Shown: positions 27,231 through 39,687, counted from the stretch's first letter. The stretch is 64,000 bases of DNA from an uncultured Actinomycetes bacterium (GCA_963709345.1 CAVPVX010000004.1:200914-264913), one strand, 5' to 3'. A program made the numbers and translations. The notes: a model not told the origin generated them from the sequence alone.

Positions 27231-28061
27231 ATGAACACCATCGTCGACCGTCAAGAGCTCACGAAGCGTGACCTGATCAGCCTCACGATCGAGGCGCCGC
27301 AGATCGCGCGCAAGATTCGTCCGGGCCAGTTCGTCGTGCTACGCATCAACGAGACCGGGGAGCGGGTGCCGCTCACCGTCGCATACCGCGACGAAGCCAA
27401 CGGCACCGTCACGATCATCTTCCAGGTGGTCGGCAAGAGCACGGCCATGCTCGCCTCACTGGGCCCCGGTGACGCCATCAAGGACCTCTGCGGACCGCTC
27501 GGCGCGGCCGTGGAGTTCGAGAAGACCGGCACGATCGTCGGCATCGGTGGCGGATCCGGCATCGCCGTGCTGCACCACCTGCTCATCGGCCACCGTGAGG
27601 TCGGCAACCACATCATCGGGGTGGTCGGAGCGCGCCAGAAGGACCTCCTGATCCTGGAGGACGAGATGCGCGGCCTCTGCGATGAGCTCATCGTGACCAC
27701 CGACGACGGGAGCTACGGCGTCCACGGCCAGGTCACCGACGCGCTCAAGTCACTGGTCGAGCGCCACGAGAACATCGACCGGGTCATCGCCGTCGGGCCG
27801 CTCATCATGATGCGCGCGGTCACTGAGATGACGCGCATCTACGGGCTGCCGACGGAGGTGAGTCTCAACCCCATCATGGTCGACGGCACCGGCATGTGCG
27901 GGGGCTGCCGGTGCAGCGTGGGAGGCGAGACGAAGTTCGCCTGTGTCGACGGCCCCCACTTCAACGCCTTCGAGGTCGACTTCGACGAGCTGATCAAGCG
28001 CAACCGCATGTACGGGCGCGACGAGCGCACCTCGCTGCTCACGTCCATCAAGGCGCGATAG
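27231..28061 (+). CDS. PyrK/NfnA-like FAD- and NAD(P)-binding oxidoreductase subunit with C-terminal [2Fe-2S] motif
   Basis: MNTIVDRQEL...RPGQFVVLR (FAD RxYS-like), GIGGGSGIAV (NAD(P) binding), and CGGCRCSV...C, the cluster motif of the PyrK/sulfide-dehydrogenase-beta/NfnA family. The ATG at 27231 is preceded by AAGGGG. Confidence 0.8.
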   Translation: MNTIVDRQELTKRDLISLTIEAPQIARKIRPGQFVVLRINETGERVPLTVAYRDEANGTVTIIFQVVGKSTAMLASLGPGDAIKDLCGPLGAAVEFEKTGTIVGIGGGSGIAVLHHLLIGHREVGNHIIGVVGARQKDLLILEDEMRGLCDELIVTTDDGSYGVHGQVTDALKSLVERHENIDRVIAVGPLIMMRAVTEMTRIYGLPTEVSLNPIMVDGTGMCGGCRCSVGGETKFACVDGPHFNAFEVDFDELIKRNRMYGRDERTSLLTSIKAR

Positions 28062-28071
28062 GAGGCCGGGG

Positions 28072-29906
<1,835 letters not shown>

Positions 29907-29988
29907 GCCGGGAGCGAACATGCAAGGGGCCGGCGCGTCGGCAACGGGGCTGCCTCGTCGGCCTTTGTCGTGCCCGGGATGGGAGCGG

Positions 29989-30552
29989 TCAGGCCCTCGT
30001 CTCGGCCTCCGCCTCGGTGAGCCGATGCGCGAGTTCCTCCCAGTACGACGCGACGCCGTCCTCGACCTCGTCCCAGTGAACGGCTTCGAATTCCTCCGTG
30101 AGCTCTCGTCGGTCGTTCAGCGTGAGGTAGTGCTGGGCCGTGTCGAAGAAGACGGTCTCCTCGACGTCGATGTGACAGCGGATGACCTCGACGTACTCCC
30201 GCAGGCGGGTGGAGAAATCGAGCGCCGCGACGCGGTCACCCGGGTCCATGACCTCGAGGAGCTGTTCGAGAGAGTCCAGCTTGCCGCGGCACCACTCGTG
30301 CTCGCCGAGCATCTGCTCCAGCGGCTCGTCCTCCTCGGTCATCCCCCGTTTGTGGCAGCGCGCGAAGAGCAGGCCCTCTTCCTTGGGGTCGTGCAGGCCG
30401 TCGTTGAAGTAGCGGAAGAAGCCGAGGATGTCGACGGCGAGGTCGGCACGCACGGCGCCGCTGGCCTCGATGTGGGCGCACTCCTTGTCGGCCGCGTCGG
30501 CCACCTCGAGAACCAGACGGTGCTCAGCCTCGAGGATCTTCCTCCAGCCCAT
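29989..30552 (-). CDS. hemerythrin-like (HHE cation-binding) domain protein
   Basis: MGWRKILEAEHRLVLEV... a four-helix protein with paired H/E metal ligands (EHEWCRG, HIDVEE, HWDEVE). An N-terminal CxC segment occurs only if the upstream M is used. Confidence 0.65.
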   Translation of the reverse strand: MGWRKILEAEHRLVLEVADAADKECAHIEASGAVRADLAVDILGFFRYFNDGLHDPKEEGLLFARCHKRGMTEEDEPLEQMLGEHEWCRGKLDSLEQLLEVMDPGDRVAALDFSTRLREYVEVIRCHIDVEETVFFDTAQHYLTLNDRRELTEEFEAVHWDEVEDGVASYWEELAHRLTEAEAETRA

Positions 30553-30779
30553 GGGCTCCTCCTTACACGAGCACGGACCGCACCGGCGTGCGGCCCCCGC
30601 AGACACTGTGTCCCCTATGCTACCCCTCGTCGGGCAGAAGTGTGCTGTGATGCACCGAAATGGGGTTTACACCTTACTTTGGCCGTGGTGCGCGCCGTAG
30701 TCGGGCGGAGCGCCTATCATGTGCGTGGGTTCGAGGCGCCGACCGCGCCCGGGTGACGCCGACGAACGGGAGGGATCTG

Positions 30780-32297
30780 ATGAGTGACCAGAGCAGGGGC
30801 ACCGGCCGTGTGGTGCTGGCCCTCGACCACGGGACGACGAGCGCGCGCGCTCTCGTGATCGACGCCGCCGGCGTCGTTCTGGCGAGCGCTCAGCAGGAGG
30901 TCGGCCTGAGCTTCCCCGAGCCCGGTTGGGTGGACCAGGACCCACAGGAGATGTGGTCCGCGCAGCTCGCGACCGCCCGCGCCGCCCTCGCCGAGGCGGG
31001 GGTGAAGGCAGCAGGCGTGGCCGGCATCGGCATCACCAACCAGCGTGAGACGACGATCGTATGGGACCGCGCGACCTCCGAGCCCGTGGCGCCGGCGATC
31101 GTGTGGCAGGACCGGCGCACGGCTGCGTTCTGCGAGGAGCTGCGCGGCGCCGGGTGTGAGGCTCTCGTCCGGCGCAAGACCGGCCTGCTCCTCGACCCAT
31201 ACTTCTCCGCGACCAAGCTGCACTGGCTGCTCGAGCACGTTCCCGGCGTGCGCGAACGCGCGGTGCGCGGCGAGCTCGCCTTCGGCACCGTCGACAGCTG
31301 GCTGGCGTGGCGCCTCAGCGGCGGCCGTCGCCACGTCACCGACGCGACGAACGCCTCGCGCACGCTGCTCTACGACATCCACGAAGGCGCCTGGGACGGC
31401 GAACTGCTCGAGCTCTTCGGCGTGCCGCGGGAGCTCCTCCCCGAGGTCTGTGACAGCAGTGGCGTGTGCGGTGAGACGGATCCGGACCTGCTCGGTGCGC
31501 CGGTGCCGATCGCCGGCATCGCCGGCGACCAGCAGGCCGCGCTCTTCGGGCAGGCGTGCATCAGCCGGGGGATGGCCAAGGTCACCTACGGCACCGGCTG
31601 CTTCCTGCTCTTGCATACCGGGGATGAAGCCGCGACCGCGCCTCCCGGCCTCGTATGCACGGTAGCGCTGCAGCGCGACGGGCGCCGGACCTACGCTCTC
31701 GAGGGCAGCGTCTTCGTCGGCGGCGCCGCGGTGCAGTGGCTGCGCGACGGTCTCGGCGTCGTCGCCGGGGGTGCGGAGGCGACCGCGCTGGCCGGCACCG
31801 TGGGGGCGAGCGCCGGCGTGGTCTTCGTGCCCGCGCTCGCCGGACTCGGCGCCCCGTACTGGGAACCGCACGCGCGCGGTGCGATCTTCGGCATCACGCG
31901 TGGGACGACGACGGCGCACATCGCGCGCGCCACGCTTGAGGGTATCGCCTTCCAGGTCGGCGACCTGTATGAGGCCGAGACGGCGGGCGCTGGGGTCGTG
32001 CCCAGCGTCGTGCGCGCCGACGGCGGCGCCGCTTCCAGTGACCTGCTGCTGCAGTTCCAGGCCGACCTGCTCGGGACGGAGGTGACCCGAGCCGGGCAGC
32101 CCGAGGCGACGGCGTTCGGCGCGGCCTGGCTTGCGGGTCTCGCGACCGGAGTCTGGCGAGACCAGGACGAGGTCGCCGCTCTGTGGACGGCCGGGACCTG
32201 CTTCACTCCCACCCCCGGGGTCGACCGCGAGGCGCTCGCCCGGTCGTGGCGCGCCGCCGTGGCGGCCGTGCGCTCGTTCGCGCGCGAGTCGCAGTAA
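30780..32297 (+). CDS. glpK: glycerol kinase
   Basis: FGGY kinase signatures: [20 protein letters not shown](I)VWD, SGVCGET and the C-terminal EATALGAA-like motif [25 protein letters not shown] before the ATG at 30780. Confidence 0.9.
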   Translation: MSDQSRGTGRVVLALDHGTTSARALVIDAAGVVLASAQQEVGLSFPEPGWVDQDPQEMWSAQLATARAALAEAGVKAAGVAGIGITNQRETTIVWDRATSEPVAPAIVWQDRRTAAFCEELRGAGCEALVRRKTGLLLDPYFSATKLHWLLEHVPGVRERAVRGELAFGTVDSWLAWRLSGGRRHVTDATNASRTLLYDIHEGAWDGELLELFGVPRELLPEVCDSSGVCGETDPDLLGAPVPIAGIAGDQQAALFGQACISRGMAKVTYGTGCFLLLHTGDEAATAPPGLVCTVALQRDGRRTYALEGSVFVGGAAVQWLRDGLGVVAGGAEATALAGTVGASAGVVFVPALAGLGAPYWEPHARGAIFGITRGTTTAHIARATLEGIAFQVGDLYEAETAGAGVVPSVVRADGGAASSDLLLQFQADLLGTEVTRAGQPEATAFGAAWLAGLATGVWRDQDEVAALWTAGTCFTPTPGVDREALARSWRAAVAAVRSFARESQ

Positions 32298-32347
32298 CGT
32301 CGCGCGCTCGCCGGCCCGCCGGGCGCCCTTCGTCGCGAGGGGAGCGC

Positions 32348-32803
32348 TCAGTGTCGGTGCGGTACCACGAGCACCGGCACGTCGCTGCGGTGCAGGAGCT
32401 CGAACGGCGTGTGCCGGCCCAGCGCCCCCGCGATGGGGCCCTCGCCGTGCGAGCCTACGACGATCATGTGTGAGCCGCGCTCGCGGGCGATGGCCTCGAG
32501 CGCTCGAACCGGCTCGTCCCACACCAGCAGCACCTCGGTCTCTGCGCCTGCCGCGCGCGCCCTGGCCGCGGCGCGGCTGAGCATCGGCTCGACCTCATGC
32601 TCGACGCGCCGCTCGTAGTCGCGAAGCTCCTTGGCCGCGGCGCACCCCGGGTCGAGGGCGCAGCGCAGACCGGGAGGAGGCTCGTGGCAGTAGACGAGGA
32701 CGATCATCGAGCCCGGCGCGCCGCGGGACAACTCGACGGCTTCGTCGAGGGCCGCCGCGGAGCACGCCGAACCGTCGTACCCCAGTACGATCGGATGTGG
32801 CAT
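32348..32803 (-). CDS. universal stress protein (UspA family)
   Basis: IVLGYDGS...AAL..A...A......LVV and C-terminal MIVVGSHGEGPIAGALGRHT...VPVLVV, the classic Usp ATP-binding motif. Confidence 0.8.
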   Translation of the reverse strand: MPHPIVLGYDGSACSAAALDEAVELSRGAPGSMIVLVYCHEPPPGLRCALDPGCAAAKELRDYERRVEHEVEPMLSRAAARARAAGAETEVLLVWDEPVRALEAIARERGSHMIVVGSHGEGPIAGALGRHTPFELLHRSDVPVLVVPHRH

Positions 32804-32911
32804 CTCCGCTCCTTCCCTGGGCGTCCGGGCCGTGGCTCCCCGTCGCGCGCTCGCCGGACGTCCACACTCTGATGATGCCCCCGTATGCCGGGAGGTTATC
32901 CGTCGGCGTCG

Positions 32912-33865
32912 TCACGGCCAGGGATTCAGCAGCGCCCGCAGGTTGCGGGCGATGAGCGCCGGCGAGTAGTCGAGGCCGCAGGCCGCCAGCTTCTCGCGGG
33001 AGGCGGCGGAAAGCCGCTCCGGAGGAGTCGCCGCGAGGATGGCCGCCGAGTCCGCCTCGTCGAAGACCTCCGGCGGCGACACCCGGAGTTCGACGGTGGC
33101 GTTCTCGGGGCAGGCCTGTTGGCAGCGCAGGCACCCGACGGCGCAGTGGTGCCAGGCCGGGTCGACCCACTCGGGGAAGGGAGCTTCGTCCTCGTTGACC
33201 CAGGCAAGGCAGCGGTCCGTCTGCAGAAGGAAGCGGTCGCCGCGGATCGCACCGCTCGGACAGGCCCGCAGGCAGGCGCTGCAGCGCGCGCAACGGTCCA
33301 GCTCCCTCGGTTCGCCCCACACGGCGTCGTGCGGCGGCGGCGCGTCGCTGGCGCATGCCGCCAGCACGAGGTAACTGCCGAGTCCGGGGACGTACGCGAG
33401 GGTGTTCCTACCGTAGCGCGCCAGGCCGGAACAGGCCGCCAGAGTCTTGAGAGGCGGCTGGACGGTCGCCGCCGAGAACCCGGACGGCGCGAGCGCCTCG
33501 GCCACGACATCCCTCAGGACTGTCTCCGCCGTGTGGTACCCGGCGTAGTGTGGCGGCACGGGGACGGCGTGGCGCTCTCCGGCGATGGTCAGGGTGCCCA
33601 GTGTCAGCGGTCGCGCGGCGGCGGCGACCACGACCGAGCGCATCCGGTCCGGGCCCGCCGAGGCGGACCCACGGCCGTTGGGCGGCTCGAAGGCGACCTC
33701 GCCGGCAAGGCGGGCGGCGGCCGGGCCGGGCAGCTCGGCGGCGCCGAGGATCCCGGCCACGCGATCACGCACGTCGTGGAGCCGCTCCACCGGGACCACG
33801 CGGGCAGTCCAGCCCGCCGCCGCGGCGGCGGCGAGCACGACGGGCCAATCGGGAGAGGCGGTCAT
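32912..33865 (-). CDS. 4Fe-4S dicluster protein related to epoxyqueuosine reductase (QueG-like)
   Basis: Two ferredoxin-type Cys motifs near the C-terminus (CARCSACLRACP; CAVGCLRCQQACP) preceded by an alpha/beta domain. Assigning it to QueG rather than a generic 4Fe-4S protein is tentative. Confidence 0.6.
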   Translation of the reverse strand: MTASPDWPVVLAAAAAAGWTARVVPVERLHDVRDRVAGILGAAELPGPAAARLAGEVAFEPPNGRGSASAGPDRMRSVVVAAAARPLTLGTLTIAGERHAVPVPPHYAGYHTAETVLRDVVAEALAPSGFSAATVQPPLKTLAACSGLARYGRNTLAYVPGLGSYLVLAACASDAPPPHDAVWGEPRELDRCARCSACLRACPSGAIRGDRFLLQTDRCLAWVNEDEAPFPEWVDPAWHHCAVGCLRCQQACPENATVELRVSPPEVFDEADSAAILAATPPERLSAASREKLAACGLDYSPALIARNLRALLNPWP

Positions 33866-34039
33866 CGGTCGTTCCTTGGGAGAGGGGCTGCCGGCCCGTC
33901 GAGTGTGCGTCGCGGCCGCGCTCCTGGCAAGCCGCGCAGGGCTTGTGCCCGCACCTTCGCCGTCGGAGACTGTACGGGAACGGCCGCCGTGGCCGGTCGC
34001 CGGACTGTTCGAGGAGGCGTCGCTTGCGCGGGAACGTGG

Positions 34040-34188
34040 TCGTGATGCTCATGCTTGGAGGCGGGATCTTCTTCACGCTCGTCTCGGTGGCCGCCTGGGC
34101 CGCCGGGCGCCGCACGGGTTCGATGCTCCTGGCGGTGGTGGCCGGCATCGACTTCGCCTTCGCCGCCTCGCTCCTGCTCCGCGGATGA
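34040..34188 (+). CDS. possible small two-helix membrane peptide (48 aa)
   Basis: MLMLGGGIFFTLVSVAAWAAGRRTGSMLLAVVAGIDFAFAASLLLRG at the 3-prime end of junk ORF 33550..34188. It is clean and hydrophobic with a weak RBS. It is speculative. Confidence 0.2.
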
Positions 34189-34249
34189 ACCGCCGGGCGC
34201 CGCCCCGTCTGCTCGGCCCGGCCGCTCGTGGGGCGCTCCGGCCCGCGCC

Positions 34250-34800
34250 GCCACGACGAGCACGAAGTCGTGGTCGTAGATGAACCGGTCGTTCATGACG
34301 TTCCAGCCGACGTCTAGGCTCACGAATCTCTTTCCCAGCCTTTCCCCGACGGTGACGACCTCGGCGAGGAGCACCGCCGACTCGTTGGTGAGGAACCCCC
34401 CGGCCCGACGCCAACGGTGACGTCCGGCTTAGCGAAGCGGCGCGCAGGGTCGCGGCGTAGGCGTCAAGGTCGAGTGGCTCCTCGCCCTGGTGGAGCGGTG
34501 TACCCAGACCGCCGCCGACGTCGATCTCGGTCGGGGGCAGCCGGCGCCGGTCGGTCGCCGCGCCACCGGTTCGAGCGCGGCGTCGAAGGTGAGCAACTTG
34601 CTGTCGAGCATACCGTTGGCGAGATGCGCGTGCAGGGTGTCGACCGTCAGATCGCACCGGGCGGTGGGGGCGGGCGTCGCGTCCCGCGACGACCAGGCGT
34701 CCGCCGGTGACGCGCACTCCGCCGTGCTTCCACGCGTGTCGTGCGGGCGGCGTCGCCACGAGTTGAGCGCCCCGCGCTCGGCCGGGGTCGCGAGCGTGGT
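34250..34800 (-). pseudogene. C-terminal remnant of a PLP-dependent Orn/DAP-decarboxylase-family (lysA-like) gene, frameshifted and 5-prime truncated
   Basis: Motifs in different minus frames: EIDVGGGLGTPLHQGEEPLDLDAYAATLRAA (the fold-III decarboxylase GGG loop region) and LLAEVVTVGERLGKRFVSLDVGWNVMNDRFIYDHDFVLV (C-terminal beta-domain). The roughly 250-aa N-terminal PLP barrel is absent; the neighbouring DUF7144 and thrC genes occupy that space. Confidence 0.4.
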
Positions 34801-34855
34801 TCGACCGCTACGCCGGAGCCTTCTGTCGACGTCGATCGGTGGAGGCGTCGCTCAT

Positions 34856-35239
34856 CTAGTCGAAGTACTCCCGAAACGCGGTGAGCCCGTAGATGATGAC
34901 GCCGTAGACGATCATCATCGCAAGGCCCCAGAACGGGCTGACCGACCAGATCACGAACCACGCGACCAGACCGATCACCGCCAGGACGATGGCCGGGACG
35001 CGGGCCGCGCGCAGACGCATGAGCACCGCTATGCCGGCAAGGAGCTGTACGGCGCCGAGGACCAGCCAGAGGATGCTCCACTCCTGGATGCCCGCGACGA
35101 TGATCGCGCTCTCGTCGAAGACCTCGCGCTTGAGCAGCCCGGTGACTCCGGCGATCAGGTTGAAGGCGCTCGCCACGAGAAAGAAGATGCCGGAGAACTC
35201 GATCCAGCCGGCTCCCTGGCCCTTGGAATGTCCTGTCAT
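34856..35239 (-). CDS. DUF7144-family small membrane protein (127 aa)
   Basis: Four-helix membrane protein with WGLAMMIVYGVIIYGLTA near the C-terminus, typical of the actinobacterial DUF7144 family. It is intact. Confidence 0.6.
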   Translation of the reverse strand: MTGHSKGQGAGWIEFSGIFFLVASAFNLIAGVTGLLKREVFDESAIIVAGIQEWSILWLVLGAVQLLAGIAVLMRLRAARVPAIVLAVIGLVAWFVIWSVSPFWGLAMMIVYGVIIYGLTAFREYFD

Positions 35240-35297
35240 GTCCCGCCTCCGCTGGTTGTTGCCGGAGCGGCGGGGTCGCCCCGGCCGCCCTTCACAG

Positions 35298-36827
35298 TCA
35301 CTTCTCGGTGAGCCACGCGCGCAAGCCGGCCTCGACCGCGTCGCGGCCGGGCTCCACCCGGGCGTCGAAGCGGCGCGGTCGCTCGCGAACGGCTTGGAGT
35401 TGCGGGGGCACGGTCGCTCCGGGCGCCAGCCGCGTGACCTCGTCGAGCAGATCGAGGTCGTGGGCGCCGCCGGGCACAGGCGCGCCGGCGGGCACGCCGG
35501 TGAGGCCGCGGACGACGTCGGCGGCGAACTTGCTCCAATGCGCGGTGCTCACGATGAGCACAGGGGCGTCGCCGCCCAGCCGGTCCGCGGCCTCCCACGC
35601 GACGGCCGTGTGCGGGTCGAGCAGGTATCCCTGCTCGCGCTGCACGCGGCCGATCGTGCGCAGGCAGGTTTCGTTGTCGATCCACGTGCCGGTGAACCCC
35701 GCGCGCAGCTTCTCGCGGGTTTCATCGTCGACGGCGAAGCGTCCGCCGGTCTTGAGCTCGCGCATCCAGGTGGCGATGAGCTCGGCGTCCTCGCAGAGGT
35801 CGAACAGCAGGCGCTCCAGGTTGGACGAGATGAGGATGTCCATCGACGGCGACGGCGTCTTCACGAGCGATCGGGCGGAGATGTCGTAGACACCACTGGC
35901 GAGGAAGTCGAAGAGTACGTTGTTCGTGTTGCTGGCGCAGAGCAGCCTCCCGAGCGGTACGCCCATGCGCTTCGCGTAGTACGCGGCGAGGATGTTGCCG
36001 AAGTTGCCGGTGGGGACGCAGACGTCGAGCAGTTCCCCGGAGGTGACGACGCCGCCGCTCGTCAGGTCGGCGTACGCGCTCACGTAGTAGGCGATCTGCG
36101 GCATCAGCCGGCCCCAGTTGATGGAGTTGGCCGAGCTCAGTGAGAGCCGGTGGGCGCCGGCCAGTTCGGTGGCGAAGGCTTCGTCGTCAAAGACGGCCTT
36201 GACGGAGTTCTGGCAGTCGTCGAAGTCGCCGCCGAGGCGAAAGACGGTCAGGTTCTCGCCCGGTTGCGTGACCATTTGCAGTTCCTGCAGGGCGGAGACC
36301 CCGGCGTCGGGGTAGAAGACGCAGATCCTGGTGTGGGCGCGATCGGCGAAGCCGTTGAGCGCCGCGACCCCGGTGTCGCCGCTGGTCGCCACCAGGATCA
36401 GGAAGTCGAGGTCGGTGGCGCCCTTCGCGTGCGCCATCTCCAGCGCCTCGCTGAAGTACAGGGGCATGCACTGGAGCGCCATGTCCTTGAAGGCGAGGGT
36501 GGGGCCGTGCCACAACTCGAGCACGTGACGCCCTGGAGCGACGTCGCGTACCGGGGCGACTCGCGGGTCGTCGAAGTTCGAGCCGTAAGCCGCGGCGGCG
36601 ATCTCGCGGGTGCGCCCGGCGGGCACGTCGAGGTCGAAGGCCTCGTAGACCGCCGCCGCGCGGGCGTGATACGGCAGCGCCGCCAAGGCGCGGATCCTGT
36701 CGAGCGAGAAATCCGGCAGGCGCTCCGGCACGAACAGGCCGCCGCCCGGCGCGATTCCTTCGAGGATCGCCTCGGTGTAGGTGCGCGGGCGTGAGGTCGC
36801 GCCGCGGGTGTCGCGGTACCGGATCAT
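35298..36827 (-). CDS. thrC: threonine synthase (long, ThrC class II)
   Basis: N-terminal domain (FVPERLP), PLP lysine motif (HGPTLAFKDMALQ), and GNFGNILAAYYA..G.P, characteristic of the about 500-aa threonine synthases. Confidence 0.9.
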   Translation of the reverse strand: MIRYRDTRGATSRPRTYTEAILEGIAPGGGLFVPERLPDFSLDRIRALAALPYHARAAAVYEAFDLDVPAGRTREIAAAAYGSNFDDPRVAPVRDVAPGRHVLELWHGPTLAFKDMALQCMPLYFSEALEMAHAKGATDLDFLILVATSGDTGVAALNGFADRAHTRICVFYPDAGVSALQELQMVTQPGENLTVFRLGGDFDDCQNSVKAVFDDEAFATELAGAHRLSLSSANSINWGRLMPQIAYYVSAYADLTSGGVVTSGELLDVCVPTGNFGNILAAYYAKRMGVPLGRLLCASNTNNVLFDFLASGVYDISARSLVKTPSPSMDILISSNLERLLFDLCEDAELIATWMRELKTGGRFAVDDETREKLRAGFTGTWIDNETCLRTIGRVQREQGYLLDPHTAVAWEAADRLGGDAPVLIVSTAHWSKFAADVVRGLTGVPAGAPVPGGAHDLDLLDEVTRLAPGATVPPQLQAVRERPRRFDARVEPGRDAVEAGLRAWLTEK

Positions 36828-36968
36828 TGCGTCCGGATTCTACAGGAACGGGCCGGGCGCGCGCTTGCCCGTCGCGGCCGGGAGCCGCTGCCGCGTGATG
36901 GAGGGACTTGACATCCGCTAGCGATGCATTACGATATATCGTGTTACAACGCTACAAGGAGAGAAGAG

Positions 36969-37694
36969 ATGTACTCACAATCCCATTCCCAGCGCTCCGC
37001 CGGCCGTCAGGGCCGCGGCGGCGCACCGCGCGGCGGCGACTCCGTCCCCGCGCGCTTCAAGTTCGGTGGCCGCGGCGGCGGCCAGGGCTCAGGTTCCGGG
37101 CCCGGCTCCGGTGGAGGCTCCGGCCCCGGTCGCAGTTCCGGCGGAGGCGCCGCCTCTGCCCCTGGCTCCGGCCACGGCCGCGGCCCCGGCGGAGGCTCCG
37201 GCCCCGGCCACCTGCACGCCCATCCTCACGGTCGCGGTCCGTGGTCGCGGGCCCGCCGGGGCGACGTCCGGGTCGCTGTGCTGTTGGCCCTGAGCGAAGA
37301 GCCCATGCACGGTTACCAGATCATGCAGCGGCTCGAGACGCGGAGCGGCGGCGCCTGGCGGCCGAGCCCCGGCTCCGTCTACCCGACTCTCCAACTGCTG
37401 GAGGATCAGGGTCTCATCAAGGGCGAGGAGGCCGACGGACGGCGGGTGTTCGCGCTGACCGATGACGGCGCTGTGGAGGCGGCGTCGGTCAAGGAGCGCA
37501 TCGGCGACTCGCCGTGGGGCGCCGAGGGCGGTGAGCAGGATCCGCGCTTCGCCCTGCGTCAGGCCGTGTTCCAGCTCGGGGCCGCGGCGAAGCAGGTCGG
37601 CAAAGCCGGCTCACCCGAGCTCGTGGAGAGCTCGCTGGAGATCCTGCGCGAAGCGCGCAAGCGCATCTACGCGCTGCTCGCCGAGGCGGAGTAG
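36969..37694 (+). CDS. PadR-family transcriptional regulator with an about 90-aa Gly/Ser/Pro-rich N-terminal low-complexity region
   Basis: The ATG at 36969 has RBS AAGGAGAG. The core VLLALSEEPMHGYQIMQRLETRSGGAWRPSPGSVYPTLQLLEDQGLI is the PadR winged helix. The N-terminus GGRGGGQGSGSGPGSGGGSGPG... is encoded by a GGCTCCGGCCCCGG tandem-repeat DNA (37080..37230). Confidence 0.7.
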   Translation: MYSQSHSQRSAGRQGRGGAPRGGDSVPARFKFGGRGGGQGSGSGPGSGGGSGPGRSSGGGAASAPGSGHGRGPGGGSGPGHLHAHPHGRGPWSRARRGDVRVAVLLALSEEPMHGYQIMQRLETRSGGAWRPSPGSVYPTLQLLEDQGLIKGEEADGRRVFALTDDGAVEAASVKERIGDSPWGAEGGEQDPRFALRQAVFQLGAAAKQVGKAGSPELVESSLEILREARKRIYALLAEAE

Positions 37695-37720
37695 AGTCGA
37701 GCGAGTCGAGTCGGGTGTAG

Positions 37721-39610
37721 CTATCGGGTCTGCGCGAGCGACGGCGCCGGCTCTCTGTCGGCCGGCGCCGGCAGCAGGGCGATGCGCTGCGGGTCGAGGC
37801 CGCCGCGCGCGAGGGCGCGAGCCGCTTCGCGCGTCGGCGCATACGCTTCGTCGAGCCGTCCGTAGAACCACAGCTTGTACCGCAGTCGCAGCCGGCCGGA
37901 GAGGTCGGAGCGGCCGGCCGGCGCCTCGAGATCGCGAGGGTCGACGGCGCCGGTCAGCGGAAGATGCAGCAGCCGCGCTGCCGCCACGGCGAGGAGGCCC
38001 TCGCCTCCCGACGAGTCGGTGTGCAGGGCGCTGAACCCTTCCTCTTCCAGGAAGTCGACGATCTCGACCACCGGCGGGACCAGGAAGCGAGGCCCGTCGC
38101 CGTTCGCCGACGGCCGCCACGCCACCGCGCGGAAGCCGATGGCGCCGGCAGCGGCGTCGCCGTCGGTCGTGCACGCGAGGAGTGTCACGTCGATGTCCGG
38201 AGGATGCGCTGCGGTGCCGGCGTGACCGACCGTGGTTGGGCGCGTGGGCGGAGGCGCAGCGATGCCGCCCGCCGCCGGGCTCGCCGGTGCACCCTCGCGA
38301 CCGTCCGAGCAGAGGACGGCGACCTTCTCCCGCAAGCTGTGGCGGCGCTCGCCGAGGAAGTAGGCGCGCAGCTGCTCCTGCGTGCGTCTGTCGCGGCTCT
38401 GGACGATCCACGCGATGTAGTACGGGAGTTCCAGGAAGCTGACCATGCCGACCGCGTAGATGCTCTGCAGCCGCCGCTTGAGACCCTGTCGTTCGGCCGG
38501 GTCGAGGAGCGGCTGCAGGTGCAGGCTCACGACGTCGTCGGCGAGGCGTTGCGCGACGGTGAAGAGGCGCCGGTTCAGCTCCTTGGCGTCGACCGCGTTG
38601 ATCCCGTCGGCGTCGGCGACGAGGCTGCCGATCTCGCGCTCGAGGAGCGACTCCCACGACGGGCCTCGCGTGTCGCCGTCCCGGTAGAGGCCGGGGGCGA
38701 TGCTGCGGACGCCGCGGATGGTCTTCTCGAGCACGGGGACGTCCCGGCCGATGCGGCCGAAGCCCTTGCGCAGCAGGCCGAGCGCGCGCTTTCTGGGCGC
38801 GGACTCGTCGAGGCGCAGGATCTGCCGGATGCGCCAGAACGAGGCGGCGTAGATGCTGTGCGCGAGCAGGCGGGCATCGCCGTCGGCGCCGCCGGGCTCG
38901 CAGTCGCCGACGGCCACGGCGCGGACGAAGCCGTCCGCCGTTCCGTCACCTCCGGCGCTGGTGAAGGCGCTCGCCGAGAACAGCCCGCTGTGGTCGTCCG
39001 AGCCGCCGGTGAGCGCCTTGCGCCAGGGAGTCTCGCCGAACGGCTCGATGCGCTGGCGCTCCGCCATCGCCCACAACTGGTCGGGGGTGAGCGCAGCTGC
39101 GATCGCCCGGAGGAGCCCGTTGCAGCGCGTCGTGCGGGAGCCGTTGCGACCCTCAAGGACGGAGAAGAGGAGCAGCATACGCTCGACCGTGTCCGGCGTG
39201 ATGTGGCCGGTCATGTCGAAGAGCGGGTGCGCGAGGTAGTGGGTGACGTCCGCCTCCCGCAGGCAAGCTACGAGGTCGTACACGGACGCGCGTGCCTTGT
39301 CGGCCTCGGCGAACACCGCCTCGTCGATGCCGAGGGCGACGACGTGCACTCGTGCCCCGTCCTCCGGGAACCACGTGTCGAGCTCCGTGCTCAGGAAGGC
39401 GCCGGGAAGGTGGGCCACGGCCAGCGAGCCGGCCAACGTGTTGTGGTCGGTTATGGTGACGAAGTCCATCCCCCGGGCGCGCTGCGCCCGGTAGATCTCG
39501 AGCGGCTCCGTATAGGACTCGGCGCTGCGCAGCGCGCGAATGCCGGCGTTGGCCGAGGTCGCGGAGTACTTTGAGTGGACGTGGAGGTCGGCTCGATAAG
39601 GATGGCTCAC
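37721..39610 (-). CDS. PHP-domain (polymerase/histidinol-phosphatase-like) protein with a large C-terminal extension
   Basis: N-terminal DLHVHSKYS...FVTITDHNTL, the PHP metal-binding motif. The remaining about 400 aa are unassigned and may be glycosyltransferase- or hydrolase-like. Confidence 0.7.
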   Translation of the reverse strand: MSHPYRADLHVHSKYSATSANAGIRALRSAESYTEPLEIYRAQRARGMDFVTITDHNTLAGSLAVAHLPGAFLSTELDTWFPEDGARVHVVALGIDEAVFAEADKARASVYDLVACLREADVTHYLAHPLFDMTGHITPDTVERMLLLFSVLEGRNGSRTTRCNGLLRAIAAALTPDQLWAMAERQRIEPFGETPWRKALTGGSDDHSGLFSASAFTSAGGDGTADGFVRAVAVGDCEPGGADGDARLLAHSIYAASFWRIRQILRLDESAPRKRALGLLRKGFGRIGRDVPVLEKTIRGVRSIAPGLYRDGDTRGPSWESLLEREIGSLVADADGINAVDAKELNRRLFTVAQRLADDVVSLHLQPLLDPAERQGLKRRLQSIYAVGMVSFLELPYYIAWIVQSRDRRTQEQLRAYFLGERRHSLREKVAVLCSDGREGAPASPAAGGIAAPPPTRPTTVGHAGTAAHPPDIDVTLLACTTDGDAAAGAIGFRAVAWRPSANGDGPRFLVPPVVEIVDFLEEEGFSALHTDSSGGEGLLAVAAARLLHLPLTGAVDPRDLEAPAGRSDLSGRLRLRYKLWFYGRLDEAYAPTREAARALARGGLDPQRIALLPAPADREPAPSLAQTR

Positions 39611-39687
39611 GACTTCACTATACCGCGCGCGGACGCTTCTGGCCGCCGGCCTTTGTCTTTCGGCGCTGTTGCCGGTACTGTCTGCCC

